Source: Cyanidioschyzon merolae (Eukaryota). Taken from it: a DNA stretch of 64,000 nucleotides. The stretch is from NCBI GenBank assembly GCA_000091205.1, contig AP006497.2. One strand, 5' to 3'. Under the pieces are notes generated by a model that was not told where the DNA came from, ran no database searches, and saw only the letters and a list, made by a program, of their open reading frames with translations. Positions 29,997 to 41,786 of this stretch are shown here, piece after piece; within the stretch, counting starts at the first letter, position 1; each line of letters begins with the position of its first letter. The position numbers were made by a program, and so were the translations under genes.

Positions 29997-32171
29997 TGAT
30001 GACGACAGATACGTTCACGACTCCGCTCTCGATGGAGAGCACTACGTCTGCTTGCCGCACTGCCAACATCCCGCTCCTCTCTTTTCCTTCGCATTCACAC
30101 ATTTCTCTGCCTTGTTTTTCCCTTTCGTTCATATGGTACGCATGAGTGCCCTGCAAGCCACGGACGAAAGCTGCAACTTTCGCTTCGTGAACTCGTCGTT
30201 GTTGCTGAGTTCCCTATCGTTTTCGGTACGCTAACCTTTCATCGGACGCATCTGCGCCGCCCGGAAGCCGGTACCGCTCTCCACAACAAGCCGAAATAAT
30301 GCCCCTAAACGAATCGCCGTTACGAGCCCCGCAGGGATGCAATAGGAGAACGCGCAGTCTCTATCATTCAGGAGCCCTGCTGCATCGCTCCAGATCCGGT
30401 GGCATCATCGCTTCGGAAGGCGGGGTTCTCGCATTCAACGTATTCATCTTCTCCTCGACATCTTCGCTTATGAGGAAAATTCGACCCAGGCATAGCATGC
30501 CATCTCTGTTCACCGAACGAATGGGCTTGGACGAAAGGCATGCAACAATGCCGTCATTCGTGCCGTTCAGTCCGGTACTTGAGTGGAGCCCGCAGCACCC
30601 AAGTCCGCATGCTTCTGTACCGGCTCCGTGATCCCGGCAAAGAGCAAGCACATTCCGCGGTTTCCCTCTGCTATTGTGGTGTCGTAGAAATGCGGCGTCG
30701 TCAGGCACAGGCGTGCCAACGAATTGGGCAAGATTCTCGTAAGTTTATGAGTCTCTACGCCAAATCCTCGGTTCACCACTTAAGCACGGATACGAGCATC
30801 TTGACGAGAGCTCTTTTGCATAGCGCTATTGTTTATGGTGCCGGCTCGCCGTACGTCGCCTATAGAATGGATATGGAGCCAGCTAGTGTTCAGTCGTATT
30901 GTTTTCGTCGTTCGACGATCTCATAGGCGAAAGGCGCACCAAGTATCTGTCGTATCGAAGTGTCGAGAGGCGCTCGAAATCAGCGTCACATCTCCACCGC
31001 CGATCGAAACGTATGTGATACCTCGTGTGAAGCGAGCAAGGGCGTAGCGCATGTCGAGTTGCGCTGGTTTGGTACTCGTTGCCTGTATTCGAGTCTGCAG
31101 GGTGCTGCAGTGATTAGCGCTTCAGGTGGGAGTCTTCGGTCTCGCCATGAACGTGAGACCCGGCGCTGTATGAAGTGGAATACTGAAGCGCCTGCGCGCG
31201 CGTCGATGTCTACACCAACGCATGGAGCTGCTTTGACGTATTCGAAAGCGTGCGCTTCTATTCATGAGTAATGCCCCATTCAGTCCCCGTCAGGCACAGC
31301 TGCATACGGCGTACATAACGTATGGACTCGTTCGGAATCGTATCGACCAACGGGGGCATATCGTGGCGCCCTTGGGGGCAGTTATCGACAGCTGACGCTT
31401 GGGTACCCTCTACCTGCCAGGTCGACGACTCGGATTCTACGGACATGACCTTCAATGAGTGCCAGCAGTTACGGACCCTGCAGACTGCAGTTCGCCACAG
31501 TCTAGCCGTATGACAGAGGGTTCGGTGCCCATACAATGACGCACCAGCACCTGCCTGCCAGTCACCTGCTGTGCGCTTCATAGGATGCATAAGGCTTCAT
31601 GTTCGCTGCCCGCGCGTCCTGTACCCACCGGTGCATTCTAGGAAATCGCAAAAAAACGCAATGATGCACTTCTCGGCATGCGACATGTCCTTCTCATTGT
31701 CAATGGTTGCTCGCCTCGTTCCTGACGCAGATGCACCCTAAAAGTTGGCCGAATCCACCCAGTTCAGTAGCTACTGCTCATGCTCTTGTGCTCACTATGC
31801 TGGTCAGTCACACACAAACGGCTTTCCACGGTATTCTCTGGAGGCCGCGGTACCGTGCTCAGACGCCATCGTCCTCGCCACGGAGCATGCGTACGTTCTA
31901 TTGCGAGTGGATGCTCGATGCCTACCTTGACCTATATACACTGAGATCGTGATCCGAATGGGCTGTGCTCTGGTTCTGTCATCGATAAAGACCTAACCAC
32001 ATGCGGTTTCCGTGGCCCACTCCTGATCTTTTGATGCTCGCAATGCAGCAAGTCCTCATCACGGTCACACAGGTTATCCAAGAATGTCCTTACCTACGTC
32101 TACAGCATCCTTCCGGCTATGTTGACGTGTTTTCGCCAAATCAGTCTGATCTAGGTGCATCCTGATCGTCT

Positions 32172-33473
32172 CTAAAAAGTGACATCATGGCAAAGCCGCG
32201 ACTTCTCTGCGAGCCAGACACACCAGCTGGACACCGCTGTAGTTTCCAGTGAACGGACATGGGTGTCGGGGCCGAGCCATTGTCGCGCCTGGGCAGCGAC
32301 TTGCTCCGACTCCGTCGTGCGTCGTCGACCGTTCCATTCCATATGTGCGAGCAGCTGCGCGTACCGCACCAAAGCGCCAATGTAGAGAACCTGATGGCTC
32401 GCTGGACTCAGCGCTGGACACTGCTGCTGCTGCTGCTGCTGCTCTCCTGGCTTTGAAGTACCAGAGTGTCCCGACAGCGAGCGTTGCGGAGGTGCACGCT
32501 CGAGACAGGCGCGATACAGACCTTCCGCAATGACGGGATCTCTGCGGACCTGCCAGTAAAAATTTGCCAACGCAGTGAGCGGAATTAGGGCAAAACCCGG
32601 ATGCTCCGTTTCTTTGGCCCTGCTCAGAGCTTCAGTCAGCATGGATTCGCACTGCTCGTCGTCAAAGGACAGCGAAGCTGTTACTTGCGGCCGCTGTGTG
32701 CGCCAGAACGCCACGCTGGCGTTTTCTGAAAGTGCTACCACCTTGCCAAACAGCCGCATGTCGCTGTGGTTACCCGCTGGTGGCGACTCGTGCTCAATAT
32801 GTGTCAATGCAGCCTGGAGCATATCTTCCGAGTGCAGAGCTGCACCAAGCGATAACAGCGCCCGTCCGAGAAGTGCGCTTCCACTGGCGGACGCTCTCAG
32901 CTCGTCCAGGAACCGCTTGGCGTCGGACACAAGCCTCGCGTGGATCTCTCTAGAAGCGGCGTCTGCGGAAGGATTCCCGGCATACAGCTGTTGTGCTCGG
33001 CTCAGCAGCGAAAACAGATGGACCCCACTCTTGAGGAGGCCTCTGGGCGACTCCCTATCGCTGATCGTGCCGGTCATACGCGAGCACCTCGTGGAATGCC
33101 AATCGCCCAGCTGCACCGTTCGCAAACACTGCACCAGGAACTGCTGACTATTCCAGCATGCCATGCTATCCAGATAGAAATCCTCTCCACTTCGTTGAAG
33201 CGCGACCCATGCTTTGCGGTAAAAACGAAGAGCGCGGCTGATGCCTGCTCTCGTTGACCAAGAGTCAAGCGTCGCAACGTGTGCATACAGTGCTGCCGCA
33301 TCCAGACTGTGCTGAGGAAGCTTCTGTACGACAGCTACCACGCGCTGGAGCGCACGCTCACTTCCGTCCGATAACTCTGGGAGACGCTCTGCTTGAGCCA
33401 GAGCACGCGCAAAGGCAGCAGAGCGTGCTTTCGGTCGGAGCACCTGGAGCCAGCTTTGACTCTGGGCACTCAT
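32172..33473 (-). CDS. Hypothetical protein (433 aa), predicted α-helical/TPR-like, with a Q7 tract encoded by (CTG)8 at 32421-32444
   Basis: Long single ORF in a GC-rich, codon-like context. Helical-repeat-like composition (A/L/R-rich, e.g. 'ALRFYRKAWVALQRSGEDFY', 'LANFYWQVRRDPVIAEGLYRACLERA'). No family-specific motif recognised. Confidence 0.5.
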   Translation of the reverse strand: MSAQSQSWLQVLRPKARSAAFARALAQAERLPELSDGSERALQRVVAVVQKLPQHSLDAAALYAHVATLDSWSTRAGISRALRFYRKAWVALQRSGEDFYLDSMACWNSQQFLVQCLRTVQLGDWHSTRCSRMTGTISDRESPRGLLKSGVHLFSLLSRAQQLYAGNPSADAASREIHARLVSDAKRFLDELRASASGSALLGRALLSLGAALHSEDMLQAALTHIEHESPPAGNHSDMRLFGKVVALSENASVAFWRTQRPQVTASLSFDDEQCESMLTEALSRAKETEHPGFALIPLTALANFYWQVRRDPVIAEGLYRACLERAPPQRSLSGHSGTSKPGEQQQQQQQCPALSPASHQVLYIGALVRYAQLLAHMEWNGRRRTTESEQVAAQARQWLGPDTHVRSLETTAVSSWCVWLAEKSRLCHDVTF

Positions 33474-35162
33474 CAGGCGTCAGTGTCCGCGTCGCCGAGC
33501 ACGCTGTGTACGCTTCTCGAACCTGAAAGCGACAACACTGGACTCGTGGCGATGCGTGCCGCACGGTGACGCAGTATCCGTAGCTATCCAGAGAAGACGC
33601 GCTTTCTGTTGGCTAGCGTGCGGCCTAGAGCCAACGTCGCTTCACTATCGTTTCCGTACCTCGTTTACCGCCTGGTGCGCGTGGCTGCCTTTCCACTTAA
33701 GGCGCATGAGCAGCGCTTGCCTTTCGTCCCTAGAGTTGTACTTCGCCGGTTACGTCCGTCGAGATCAATGAAGATCACCCCTTTTTCTTCGCTTTGAAAC
33801 GCAACTGCCTGTCGGAAGCGCGCTTTCTCAGTTTAGAAAGCCCCGATCAGTGACGTCTAACTAGAATCCAACATCTCAGCATGCAACTACCAGCTCAGGC
33901 GCCTGAGGGAAACGTCGTAGCATCCGCGCGACAATTCAGGAAACGTTCTGCGATGATGAAAGGTCAACAAATACCCAATAGCAGACGCCTTCCGGTCTTT
34001 TTGACTGGCCGCCTGCGGTCCGTTTCAGTTCATCCTTGCACAGTACGAGTCGGGGTGGCTGTCCCATAAAGTCGGCCCACCTCAGCTTCTCGGGTCTCGA
34101 CCTGAGTACCGCACATCGCTTGATATGGATGGCGGCATTTGGAGCCTCGGTTCACGAACTCCTTGCTTTCTTTTTTTGACTCGTGTTGAACGCACCAGTG
34201 CAAAGAATGCTGGAGTTCGTGCCCTCTCTGCCACCGCAGACTCGTCATTGTTCCGTGGGGCAAACACAGTTCGTCTCTTGTCTTTCCTATTTTGCACGTT
34301 CTTCTTCATCCGATGAACACAGAGAAGAGGTTTTTTCGTCTTTTTCCGGTACCCGGCGATGACGGTCCCGCAGGATCCCCAACTCTCATGTCCATACCTT
34401 TTACTTGGATTTTGTATTTCTTCATGTGAGCGCACTTCGAACGCCTCTGCAATCAACCGAGAAGAAGCATTTGATGACACGCTCCTCGAGATGGAACACC
34501 ATCGAGGTGAAAGACTAGAAAAGCTCCCGGAATGCGAATGGCTAGTATCCATTCGGAGACATAGAACGTGCTTTTCTGAACGCATGTAACAGGTATTTTG
34601 CGTTTCTTGGTGCTACGGAGGGAATCACCATACATGCCAGGCGCCCAGTGAGTGCATGATCCTACACCTCGGATCGAGTCAGGCGAAGTGTATCCAAGGT
34701 TCGAAAGCTTCTACACGGCATCGCGTGCGCTGCTTTCGTGACGTGCTTGCTCCAATGCACGCTGTTCGGAAAATGGAGGTCACATTGCACAGCTGATGCT
34801 GCCTTGGTTAGAAAAGTGCTCTAGGGCGTCGAGTGCGCACCTGGTTTGCTGCTGGTGCTTGCGAAGTTCTCGTTTGTACCGCTATGCTCGCGCAGCGTTG
34901 CGCTTTTGAGGAAGGCAGCCCTAAACCAGACCTGGACGACGATTTAAAACATTTCAGAGAGAGTCTTGTCGAGCGACACCTATGACGCCTGTTAATGCTC
35001 AATGGTTTGCCTAGGCGCTTGCCCGACCGGGAACGAACGTCTCACTCGAAAGGGCGCCTTCAGTCTTGACCAGTTGCGCTGGCAGAATACATGTCGCTGA
35101 AGCATCACCCCGTGCACCGACTTGACGCCATCTCGAGGCGTTTATCGTGCACAATACATGTA

Positions 35163-37490
35163 TCAGATGCTTCCTAAGAAGAAATGCGGCAGAGTCCTCT
35201 GGTTAGCTTCAATGCAACCCAGGAGTATCGCTGGTGTTGGCATCCCGCATCCGAGTGCGAGTCCCGACACTGTACCGCGACCTCTGGGCAGTCCAAGCAT
35301 CTCGTCCAATATCCACGATGCGGAAAGGGGCACGCTTGCGTCGTCCAGCGCGGTACACTTTGTATCCCTGCCCGGAATCGATAGATCGAAGAGGCAGAGG
35401 TGCGCGCAATCATTCTGATCAGTAAGCGGGCAGGCAAGCAGCACCGTTCCATGATGCGTATCGGCTCGTATACTGGGCCGAATGTTGTTACCGAATCGCC
35501 ATGAGGTATATCGCAGCGATGCCGACTCTTCCCCAATTGATTGCAGGTACTGTGCGGCGGGATATCTGTACTCGTGAGAGAGGATCGAGTTCAGGGGTGC
35601 GCTCGTTGTATGTAGCGCTGAGGTAGCCTGCGGCAGTGCGCCAGGTATTGCAGGCTGCTCCAGTCTCGCTTGCAATGGGCTGCTTTCGAGCCCCGATGCG
35701 ACTGAGCTGCTGTTTCGAGCAAGCGTAATCAATAGATTTCTTCGGTATTCTTGTTCGCAAGCGTTGCTAGAATTAGGGAATCTGGCGAAAGGTGCGGCAG
35801 ACGACAGGATCCGCCCATCCTCCGCCGCCGCTCGATACGGTCGCGTAGCGCACGTTGCCTCCGTTTCTGGTTCAAAGCACCAGCGAAGGCGCAAAGGTCC
35901 ATTCCATGACGTGGACGCGCCTCGTTCAACGCTTTGCCCAAAGGCCTGACGGTCGATATCCAAAATTGCGCATCGCCGGAAAGTCGGCGTTGTCACCGCA
36001 AGCGAAAGACAGTCGGGATGTTGGGCGTCTTCCGGTAGCGGTTGGATAGAAGAAAATCGACAAGGTGTTGGGAAGCGCGCTATCATCGTCGTATTTGTGA
36101 CGGTTTCGTATGCGTCCCATAGATGCGCAGTCGAAGCGCTCGTACCTCCTCGGTATTGTTTGGCAAAGGATCCGCCAGATTCCTGGCGATTTTGTCCAGA
36201 GGTATTCCATGGGGATTTCGAGGAACCTGGACATACCTGTGGCCCGAGTCCGACGCCGATTTGCCCCAAGACGGAGGCTGCACTGCTCGTAAGAGAATTC
36301 GTGCTGAGCATGCGGGCGTCATGGAGCTGCAAAACGTCAGTGTAGACAACGCCAACTAGTGTGGGCGCAAGCCGATGGTGGCTGCTCCAGATGCCAACTG
36401 GCATCGACGCATGGCCATGTGTCCTGTCCCGAATGAGGAAGCGTGCAAATCGACGCCAGTCAGGACGCTCCCTTTGGTCCATGATCCCTGCGAAAGGCCC
36501 ATCGCGGTTACAGCCACATAGCAGCATGAGAGTTGGGTGCGGATCCGAGAACGCTGCAGCGTCTGTGTACCAGGCGGCCGCCTGGATCCTACTCGAGCTT
36601 GCGGCGGGCAACGAAAAATGCCAGAAAGGCGCTATAGGCGACGGCTGCTCAGGGGCAGTCCACGGGTGAATCCCGGAATCGGTGCGCTCCAGACTATAGA
36701 CGCCCAAAGCTCGATTCGTCCAGGCCAAGAGCTTTCCCTCGGAGCGCGTCGACTGCCACTGAATGCCGCCCCAGAGGTCAGGGGATGCACTGCCCTGAAT
36801 GCCTTGGTCGCCGAATCGGCGCTGTAATCCGGGCCTGACATTGCCCGATCCACTACTCCCATTACCACCACTACTACTGGTTGAGGGCGGCATCAAGTAC
36901 CCCATGACATGCCAATGTTCCATGCTGGCTGCTTGACGGATATTCCAGAGAAACGCGGACTCCGCCGTACAACAAGCGACGAGCGCAACGTCAGGGTGTG
37001 TATCTAGGGCACGCAACATCCCCTGGCCGTTGTGGAGCGGCCGACGCGCTGCCGTCAAGCGCTCGCGCGTATACCACGCTTCGCCACGTGTAGCGGAGAG
37101 CGCTCGCCACTGCCATGCTTCGCGTTTAGCGCAGGTTCGTTGGTACCAGACGCGTCGCGCGTCGGCGTGGAGTGCACTCCTGGCTGTACACTCACGCTGC
37201 TCCATCCGAGTAACGGTACTGCTCATGTCGGTTGACGGATGGACAACCGCAAGTTGGCAACCGCGGCGCCATGCGCTGCGTTGCTGCTGACAGTTAACGG
37301 CAGCAGCATTTGGAGTAACAACGGCGAGTCGGACGCCAGAAAGAACATGCGCAGGCGCTCTGATGCGTTTTTCGGGTCTCCGCTTCATGGGAGCTGTGTC
37401 TATATTTGTACAGTTTGCCGCTCGGTGCCGGAAAAACGACCGCACCGGCATGTTACCAACGTGAGCATCAGCAGCACCAGCGGCCTCCAT
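35163..37490 (-). CDS. Hypothetical protein (775 aa), possibly WD40/β-propeller-like
   Basis: Uninterrupted 2.3-kb ORF. Scattered W-D/W-N dipeptides in β-strand-like contexts ('HLWDAYETV', 'FLWNIRQ', 'LLAWTNRALGVYSL') and Gly/Ser-rich linkers. No confident family assignment. Confidence 0.45.
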   Translation of the reverse strand: MEAAGAADAHVGNMPVRSFFRHRAANCTNIDTAPMKRRPEKRIRAPAHVLSGVRLAVVTPNAAAVNCQQQRSAWRRGCQLAVVHPSTDMSSTVTRMEQRECTARSALHADARRVWYQRTCAKREAWQWRALSATRGEAWYTRERLTAARRPLHNGQGMLRALDTHPDVALVACCTAESAFLWNIRQAASMEHWHVMGYLMPPSTSSSGGNGSSGSGNVRPGLQRRFGDQGIQGSASPDLWGGIQWQSTRSEGKLLAWTNRALGVYSLERTDSGIHPWTAPEQPSPIAPFWHFSLPAASSSRIQAAAWYTDAAAFSDPHPTLMLLCGCNRDGPFAGIMDQRERPDWRRFARFLIRDRTHGHASMPVGIWSSHHRLAPTLVGVVYTDVLQLHDARMLSTNSLTSSAASVLGQIGVGLGPQVCPGSSKSPWNTSGQNRQESGGSFAKQYRGGTSASTAHLWDAYETVTNTTMIARFPTPCRFSSIQPLPEDAQHPDCLSLAVTTPTFRRCAILDIDRQAFGQSVERGASTSWNGPLRLRWCFEPETEATCATRPYRAAAEDGRILSSAAPFARFPNSSNACEQEYRRNLLITLARNSSSVASGLESSPLQARLEQPAIPGALPQATSALHTTSAPLNSILSHEYRYPAAQYLQSIGEESASLRYTSWRFGNNIRPSIRADTHHGTVLLACPLTDQNDCAHLCLFDLSIPGRDTKCTALDDASVPLSASWILDEMLGLPRGRGTVSGLALGCGMPTPAILLGCIEANQRTLPHFFLGSI

Positions 37491-38141
37491 ACAGAGGAAC
37501 GTATTGGAGTTAAGGCGCTGATCTGCAGGTCCTATTACCGTGTAGCTACTTCACCCAGCGTACCGCAACAAGTGCAACACAAACACACGAACGAACGAGA
37601 AAGCAGCGGTTTCGGCAGCTCTAACTTGTCCCTGGGACGTTCCCGTTCACGCCTGGTGCCCAGCAGCGTACGTGCACCAAACGTGCGTGCCTAGGCACCC
37701 GAAATAGAAACGAACACCCCGCGGGACGCGTTCGTGCACACAGCGTTTCCCGCGTGTTTGCTTACCAGGTTCAAACGCGGTCCACTGTACGCAATCAACG
37801 AAGCAAACAACCAGTTCCCGGACGCAGCGTCCAACAGCGCTTCACTACGGAGTCTTACGAAAGTGCCTGATGATTGTGTTTGACGCAAGCTGTACTCGTT
37901 CTGCATCCAAGCAGGTGCAGCTCGGGTGCGTTTGTGTACCTGCTGGATGCTGGTGTTGCCTGCAGAGGCCGCAGTGTGAGGCTGCGCCCCAGCGCCTGCG
38001 ATGACGATGAAGAAGATGGTGATTCGCGCCAGAACGCCCCCCGGATCGATCCGGTGCACGATCGTATCTAACGCTGAATGAAGCCTTTCTTCGATACTGT
38101 TGCTGTTGCTGCTGCTCTAGGACGCACCCTGGCAGACACCA
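37491..38141. promoter_or_regulatory. 650-bp divergent intergenic region, putatively a bidirectional promoter, between the hypothetical gene (−) and the helicase gene (+)
   Basis: Start codons of the two flanking ORFs face away from each other across this short spacer. No motif-level evidence. Confidence 0.3.
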
Positions 38142-41100
38142 ATGGCTTTCCTGCCTCTAGTGCCTAGACCAGTTGGGACGAGACGGTGGTCAGGAACGTG
38201 GAACAATGCTTCAGTAGAGTCCAGAAAAGCGGCAGCGTGGAGGCAAAGCGACAGGCTCAAACCGGCAAAGGAGGTGCCTGCGAAGCAGCGTACCTCTTCG
38301 TCAAGGACACCGCCTCGTTCCTCCTTAACCCAGCGTCTGCGGGCGCTCGCCAATGTACCGGAAAGGAAAGACAACGGCTCGCTACTGGACGCTGAACAAG
38401 AAGCGCTGGAGTCGATGTTTTCGTTCAGCTTGGATGAGTTCCAGTTGCGGGCGATTCGCTCCGTGCTACAGTCGCGCTCGGTGGTCGTTTCGGTTCCGAC
38501 CGGCTCCGGAAAAACTGTGATTGGCGAAGCAGCACTCGCAATTGCGCTGAAAAAAGGCATGCGTGCTTTCTACACGACGCCGTTAAAGGCGCTCTCGAAC
38601 CAGAAGTTTGGCGACTTTTGTGATCGTTTTGGGACAGAGCAGGTTGGCTTGCTCACTGGCGACATTTCCATTCGCCCGGACGCTCCCATCCTCGTGATGA
38701 CCACCGAAGTGTACCGCAATATGCTGTACCGCTGCCGTACTGGGGTGCTTGCGGAGCTGAGCGTCGCCGCATCCCCAGTAGACGAGGTGCTGGCACCGGC
38801 GACAGAGGACGCCCACTCGATTGCACCGCTTCTGCGTGCTGGCTATCTCGATGACCTTTTCGTGGTTGTATTCGATGAGTTTCACTACATGAATGATCGC
38901 GAACGTGGTACAGTTTGGGAGGAGGCTGTCATCGGCAGTCCGACGCATACGATCCTGGTGGCGCTCTCGGCAACGATGCGCAATGCAGCAGAGATCAGCG
39001 AATGGTTCGAGGCAGTCCACGGTGTAACAGACCTGATCGTAGCTAATGATCGCCCTGTACCTCTGGAGTATGTGTATCTGGACGCGGATGGCCTGCATCC
39101 GCTTTTGGTGCCGCTAAAGCGAAGCAGCGGTGATAAGGGGAAGGGGTTTGGGCGCTCTCGCCAGCGCGGTGCCCGAAACGAGAGCAAACTTCCAACCATA
39201 GAGGGTCGCTATCAAATGAATCCGGAGCTGGTATGGAATGTCGGCCAAGAGAGCAAGCAGATCGCTGAGCGACGTCAACGTTGGCGCGACGCGAATGACC
39301 CGAACCTGCGACGCTCTGCGGAGGTGCTGGAGCGTCGCGAAGCTCGCCGCCTGCGCGAGCTCTACCGCGTTAGCGTTCCCTCGTACCCTTTCCTGGTTCG
39401 TTGTCTTCGTAATCGTCAGCTGCTCCCGGCAATTGTTTTCGTGTTTTCCCGAAGTGGGTGCGATCGAGCGGTTTCGGAGGTACTTCGGGAGCGCAGCGCC
39501 CTCAAGCTGGTGAGCAAAGCTGAGCGCGCCATGCTCGAATCTGAAATGGAGGCGTTTTTCGAAGTGCATCCAGAGCTGCGTGAGAATCCAGACTCCCAGA
39601 AACGCTATGAATCAATCATGGAGGGCGTTGCCGCTCACCATGCTGGCATGTTACCGCTTTGGAAGGCGCTCGTCGAACAGCTGTTTCAAGCCAACTTGAT
39701 CAAAGTGGTATTCGCGACCGAAACCCTCGCCGCCGGAATCAACATGCCAGCTCGCTCGACGGTGGTAACCGCTCTGAGCAAACGCTCCCGTAGCGAAGGC
39801 ATTCAGCGCCTGACACCGAACGAGTTCCTGCAAATGGCGGGCAGGGCTGGACGCCGCGGTATGGACCCCATCGGCTACGTCGTCGTCATGCAAAGTGCCT
39901 GGGAGCCATCCGCAGAGGTCGCTTGTCAGCTGCTGCAACGAGGTGCGGACGCCCTGCGTTCCAACTTTGTGCCGTCCTACGGCATGGCTTTGAACCTGCT
40001 CCGTTATCCGGGTACACCACTGCAGAGTGCACGACGCTATCTGGAGCGGTCGTTTGGAAGTTTTCTGGCATCGCGTGGTCGTCTGAACCAATGGAAGCCG
40101 GAAATCCACGATGAGGTCGAGGCACTCGAACGTCAAGTGAAGGAAGCACATCGCATCTTTGCGCAGCACGGCGGCGAGAAGGTTGTCGCCGCTTACGATA
40201 AACTGCTGGAGCGATTGCGCTGTGAGGAGCGGATTCTCGGATACCTACATGAGCAACACGAAGAGAGTGCGGTTAGCATCATGGAGGACCTGTTGGTATT
40301 CTCGGACCCGGGAACGATTGTCTTGCTTCCTGATCGAGCGGAACGCGCCGTACTTGCTGGTGTCGTCGTCGAGCGCACACTGGACACCCCGTTGCGCTTT
40401 GCACTTGTCGCCGCGGATGGTCGTATTCGAGTGTGCGGACCGCGCTACATTGCAGCTGTGCTTTCCAAAGAGCCGCTGGCGAAGGTTTCGCTCCCAGACT
40501 CTTTGACTGGACTCAAAGCCGAAGCACTGAGCGTCCTACATTGGCGAGAGCTTTTTTCAGCTTCCAGCCGCTATGGTGAAGTTCGGGAAACGTTTGAGCC
40601 GGTCATGGACTGCGGCCTCGTGGATGTTGGCACAGCGCCTGCGCTCGAGTACTCGGAAATGACCACCTGGGATGATTTGGCAGCACCACCGCTCGCGGTG
40701 CCCGAGATACGTCGCCAGCAGAAACTCGTCGTCGACCTTCAGGAGCGTTTGGCGAGTTTCAGTCTGCACGATCATCCTGATTGCGAACTTGTACTGAAAG
40801 CCTATCGATCCCTGGGCGTCGCTGAAGCACACCTTGGTCGTCTCCGTCAGCGGCTGATGCGTCAAACCATGCAAGCTACTGCTACCGAGTCGTGGAATAT
40901 TTTTCGTGCTCTCGTCGATGTTCTCGAGCGCTATCGGTGTTTGGAGCGCGTCGAGGAAGTAGAAGACGATGCTCGTGCCGAGTCTGGGCAGGATGTGACG
41001 CGAGCTGCACCTGAGGCCTCCGACGATACCGGCTCGCGATACACGTTCTTCCGCTTGACCGAGTTCGGTTCTATTGTTGCTGGATTGCGCGTTGAAAACG

Positions 41101-41786
41101 AGTTATGGGCGGGACTGGCGCTCATCCACGCCGAGCAGCAACTCGCAGGGCTTGCACCGCACGAGCTCGCGGCTGTCGTAGCATCGATTGCGGCAGACAC
41201 GAGTCTCCCGCCCGGCGGCTACTGTCGTTTCCTGCCCAGCGTCCGAGTTTTGGACCTATGTCGGGAGGTGCTGGGCCCGTTGCGCAAGCAGCTTGCGGCA
41301 GCACAACAGGAAGCACTGGAGACGTACTGGTCGCCGTCCATGGCGACGCTGAACGGCGAGCTCATGATTCCCGATGTGCGGCTGTCGTACGACCTAGCCG
41401 GTGTTGTGGAAGCCTGGGCGTGCGAGACGCCGTGGTCAACGCTGCTGAATGGGGTCAGCCTTGATGAAGGCGATATCGTTCGTCTCCTGCGTCGCACGAT
41501 CGACCTGTTGCGGCAGATAGCGAACCTTGGCACCAGCTCGGGTCTCGGATGGTCTCGTCGTGTTGCCGCACTCGTTTCCTCACAGCTAGTGGTGAATGCG
41601 AAACGAGCACTTACACTGATCGATCGCTATCCAGTTAATGATGGCGGTCTAGAACGGGCGTCTGGTGGACAGGTTGCCGAGTCGCTGGAGCTCGACAACG
41701 ACTCCGACGAGGACAGTGCGGAGGTCGAAGAAGACGTAGCCTGGGACTCGGGTGAAGATGCGATATTGGCCACCTCCGATGAGTGA
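38142..41786 (+). CDS. DExH-box RNA helicase of the Ski2/ISE2 family with a C-terminal DSHCT domain (1214 aa), with a plastid-transit-like N-terminus
   Basis: Walker A 'VSVPTGSGKTVIGE' (nt about 38495). 'FYTTPLKALSNQKF' matches the Ski2-like motif Ia; I recall ISE2 as reading 'TTPLKALSNQKF' but did not check. DExH box 'VVFDEFHYMND' (nt about 38865). Motif VI 'LQMAGRAGRRGMDPIGYVVV'. DSHCT-like C-terminal block 'ETPWSTLLNGVSLDEGDIVRLLRRTIDLLRQI' (nt about 41425-41540). Acidic tail. The R/S/T/P-rich first about 100 aa could be a transit peptide. Confidence 0.85.
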   Translation: MAFLPLVPRPVGTRRWSGTWNNASVESRKAAAWRQSDRLKPAKEVPAKQRTSSSRTPPRSSLTQRLRALANVPERKDNGSLLDAEQEALESMFSFSLDEFQLRAIRSVLQSRSVVVSVPTGSGKTVIGEAALAIALKKGMRAFYTTPLKALSNQKFGDFCDRFGTEQVGLLTGDISIRPDAPILVMTTEVYRNMLYRCRTGVLAELSVAASPVDEVLAPATEDAHSIAPLLRAGYLDDLFVVVFDEFHYMNDRERGTVWEEAVIGSPTHTILVALSATMRNAAEISEWFEAVHGVTDLIVANDRPVPLEYVYLDADGLHPLLVPLKRSSGDKGKGFGRSRQRGARNESKLPTIEGRYQMNPELVWNVGQESKQIAERRQRWRDANDPNLRRSAEVLERREARRLRELYRVSVPSYPFLVRCLRNRQLLPAIVFVFSRSGCDRAVSEVLRERSALKLVSKAERAMLESEMEAFFEVHPELRENPDSQKRYESIMEGVAAHHAGMLPLWKALVEQLFQANLIKVVFATETLAAGINMPARSTVVTALSKRSRSEGIQRLTPNEFLQMAGRAGRRGMDPIGYVVVMQSAWEPSAEVACQLLQRGADALRSNFVPSYGMALNLLRYPGTPLQSARRYLERSFGSFLASRGRLNQWKPEIHDEVEALERQVKEAHRIFAQHGGEKVVAAYDKLLERLRCEERILGYLHEQHEESAVSIMEDLLVFSDPGTIVLLPDRAERAVLAGVVVERTLDTPLRFALVAADGRIRVCGPRYIAAVLSKEPLAKVSLPDSLTGLKAEALSVLHWRELFSASSRYGEVRETFEPVMDCGLVDVGTAPALEYSEMTTWDDLAAPPLAVPEIRRQQKLVVDLQERLASFSLHDHPDCELVLKAYRSLGVAEAHLGRLRQRLMRQTMQATATESWNIFRALVDVLERYRCLERVEEVEDDARAESGQDVTRAAPEASDDTGSRYTFFRLTEFGSIVAGLRVENELWAGLALIHAEQQLAGLAPHELAAVVASIAADTSLPPGGYCRFLPSVRVLDLCREVLGPLRKQLAAAQQEALETYWSPSMATLNGELMIPDVRLSYDLAGVVEAWACETPWSTLLNGVSLDEGDIVRLLRRTIDLLRQIANLGTSSGLGWSRRVAALVSSQLVVNAKRALTLIDRYPVNDGGLERASGGQVAESLELDNDSDEDSAEVEEDVAWDSGEDAILATSDE

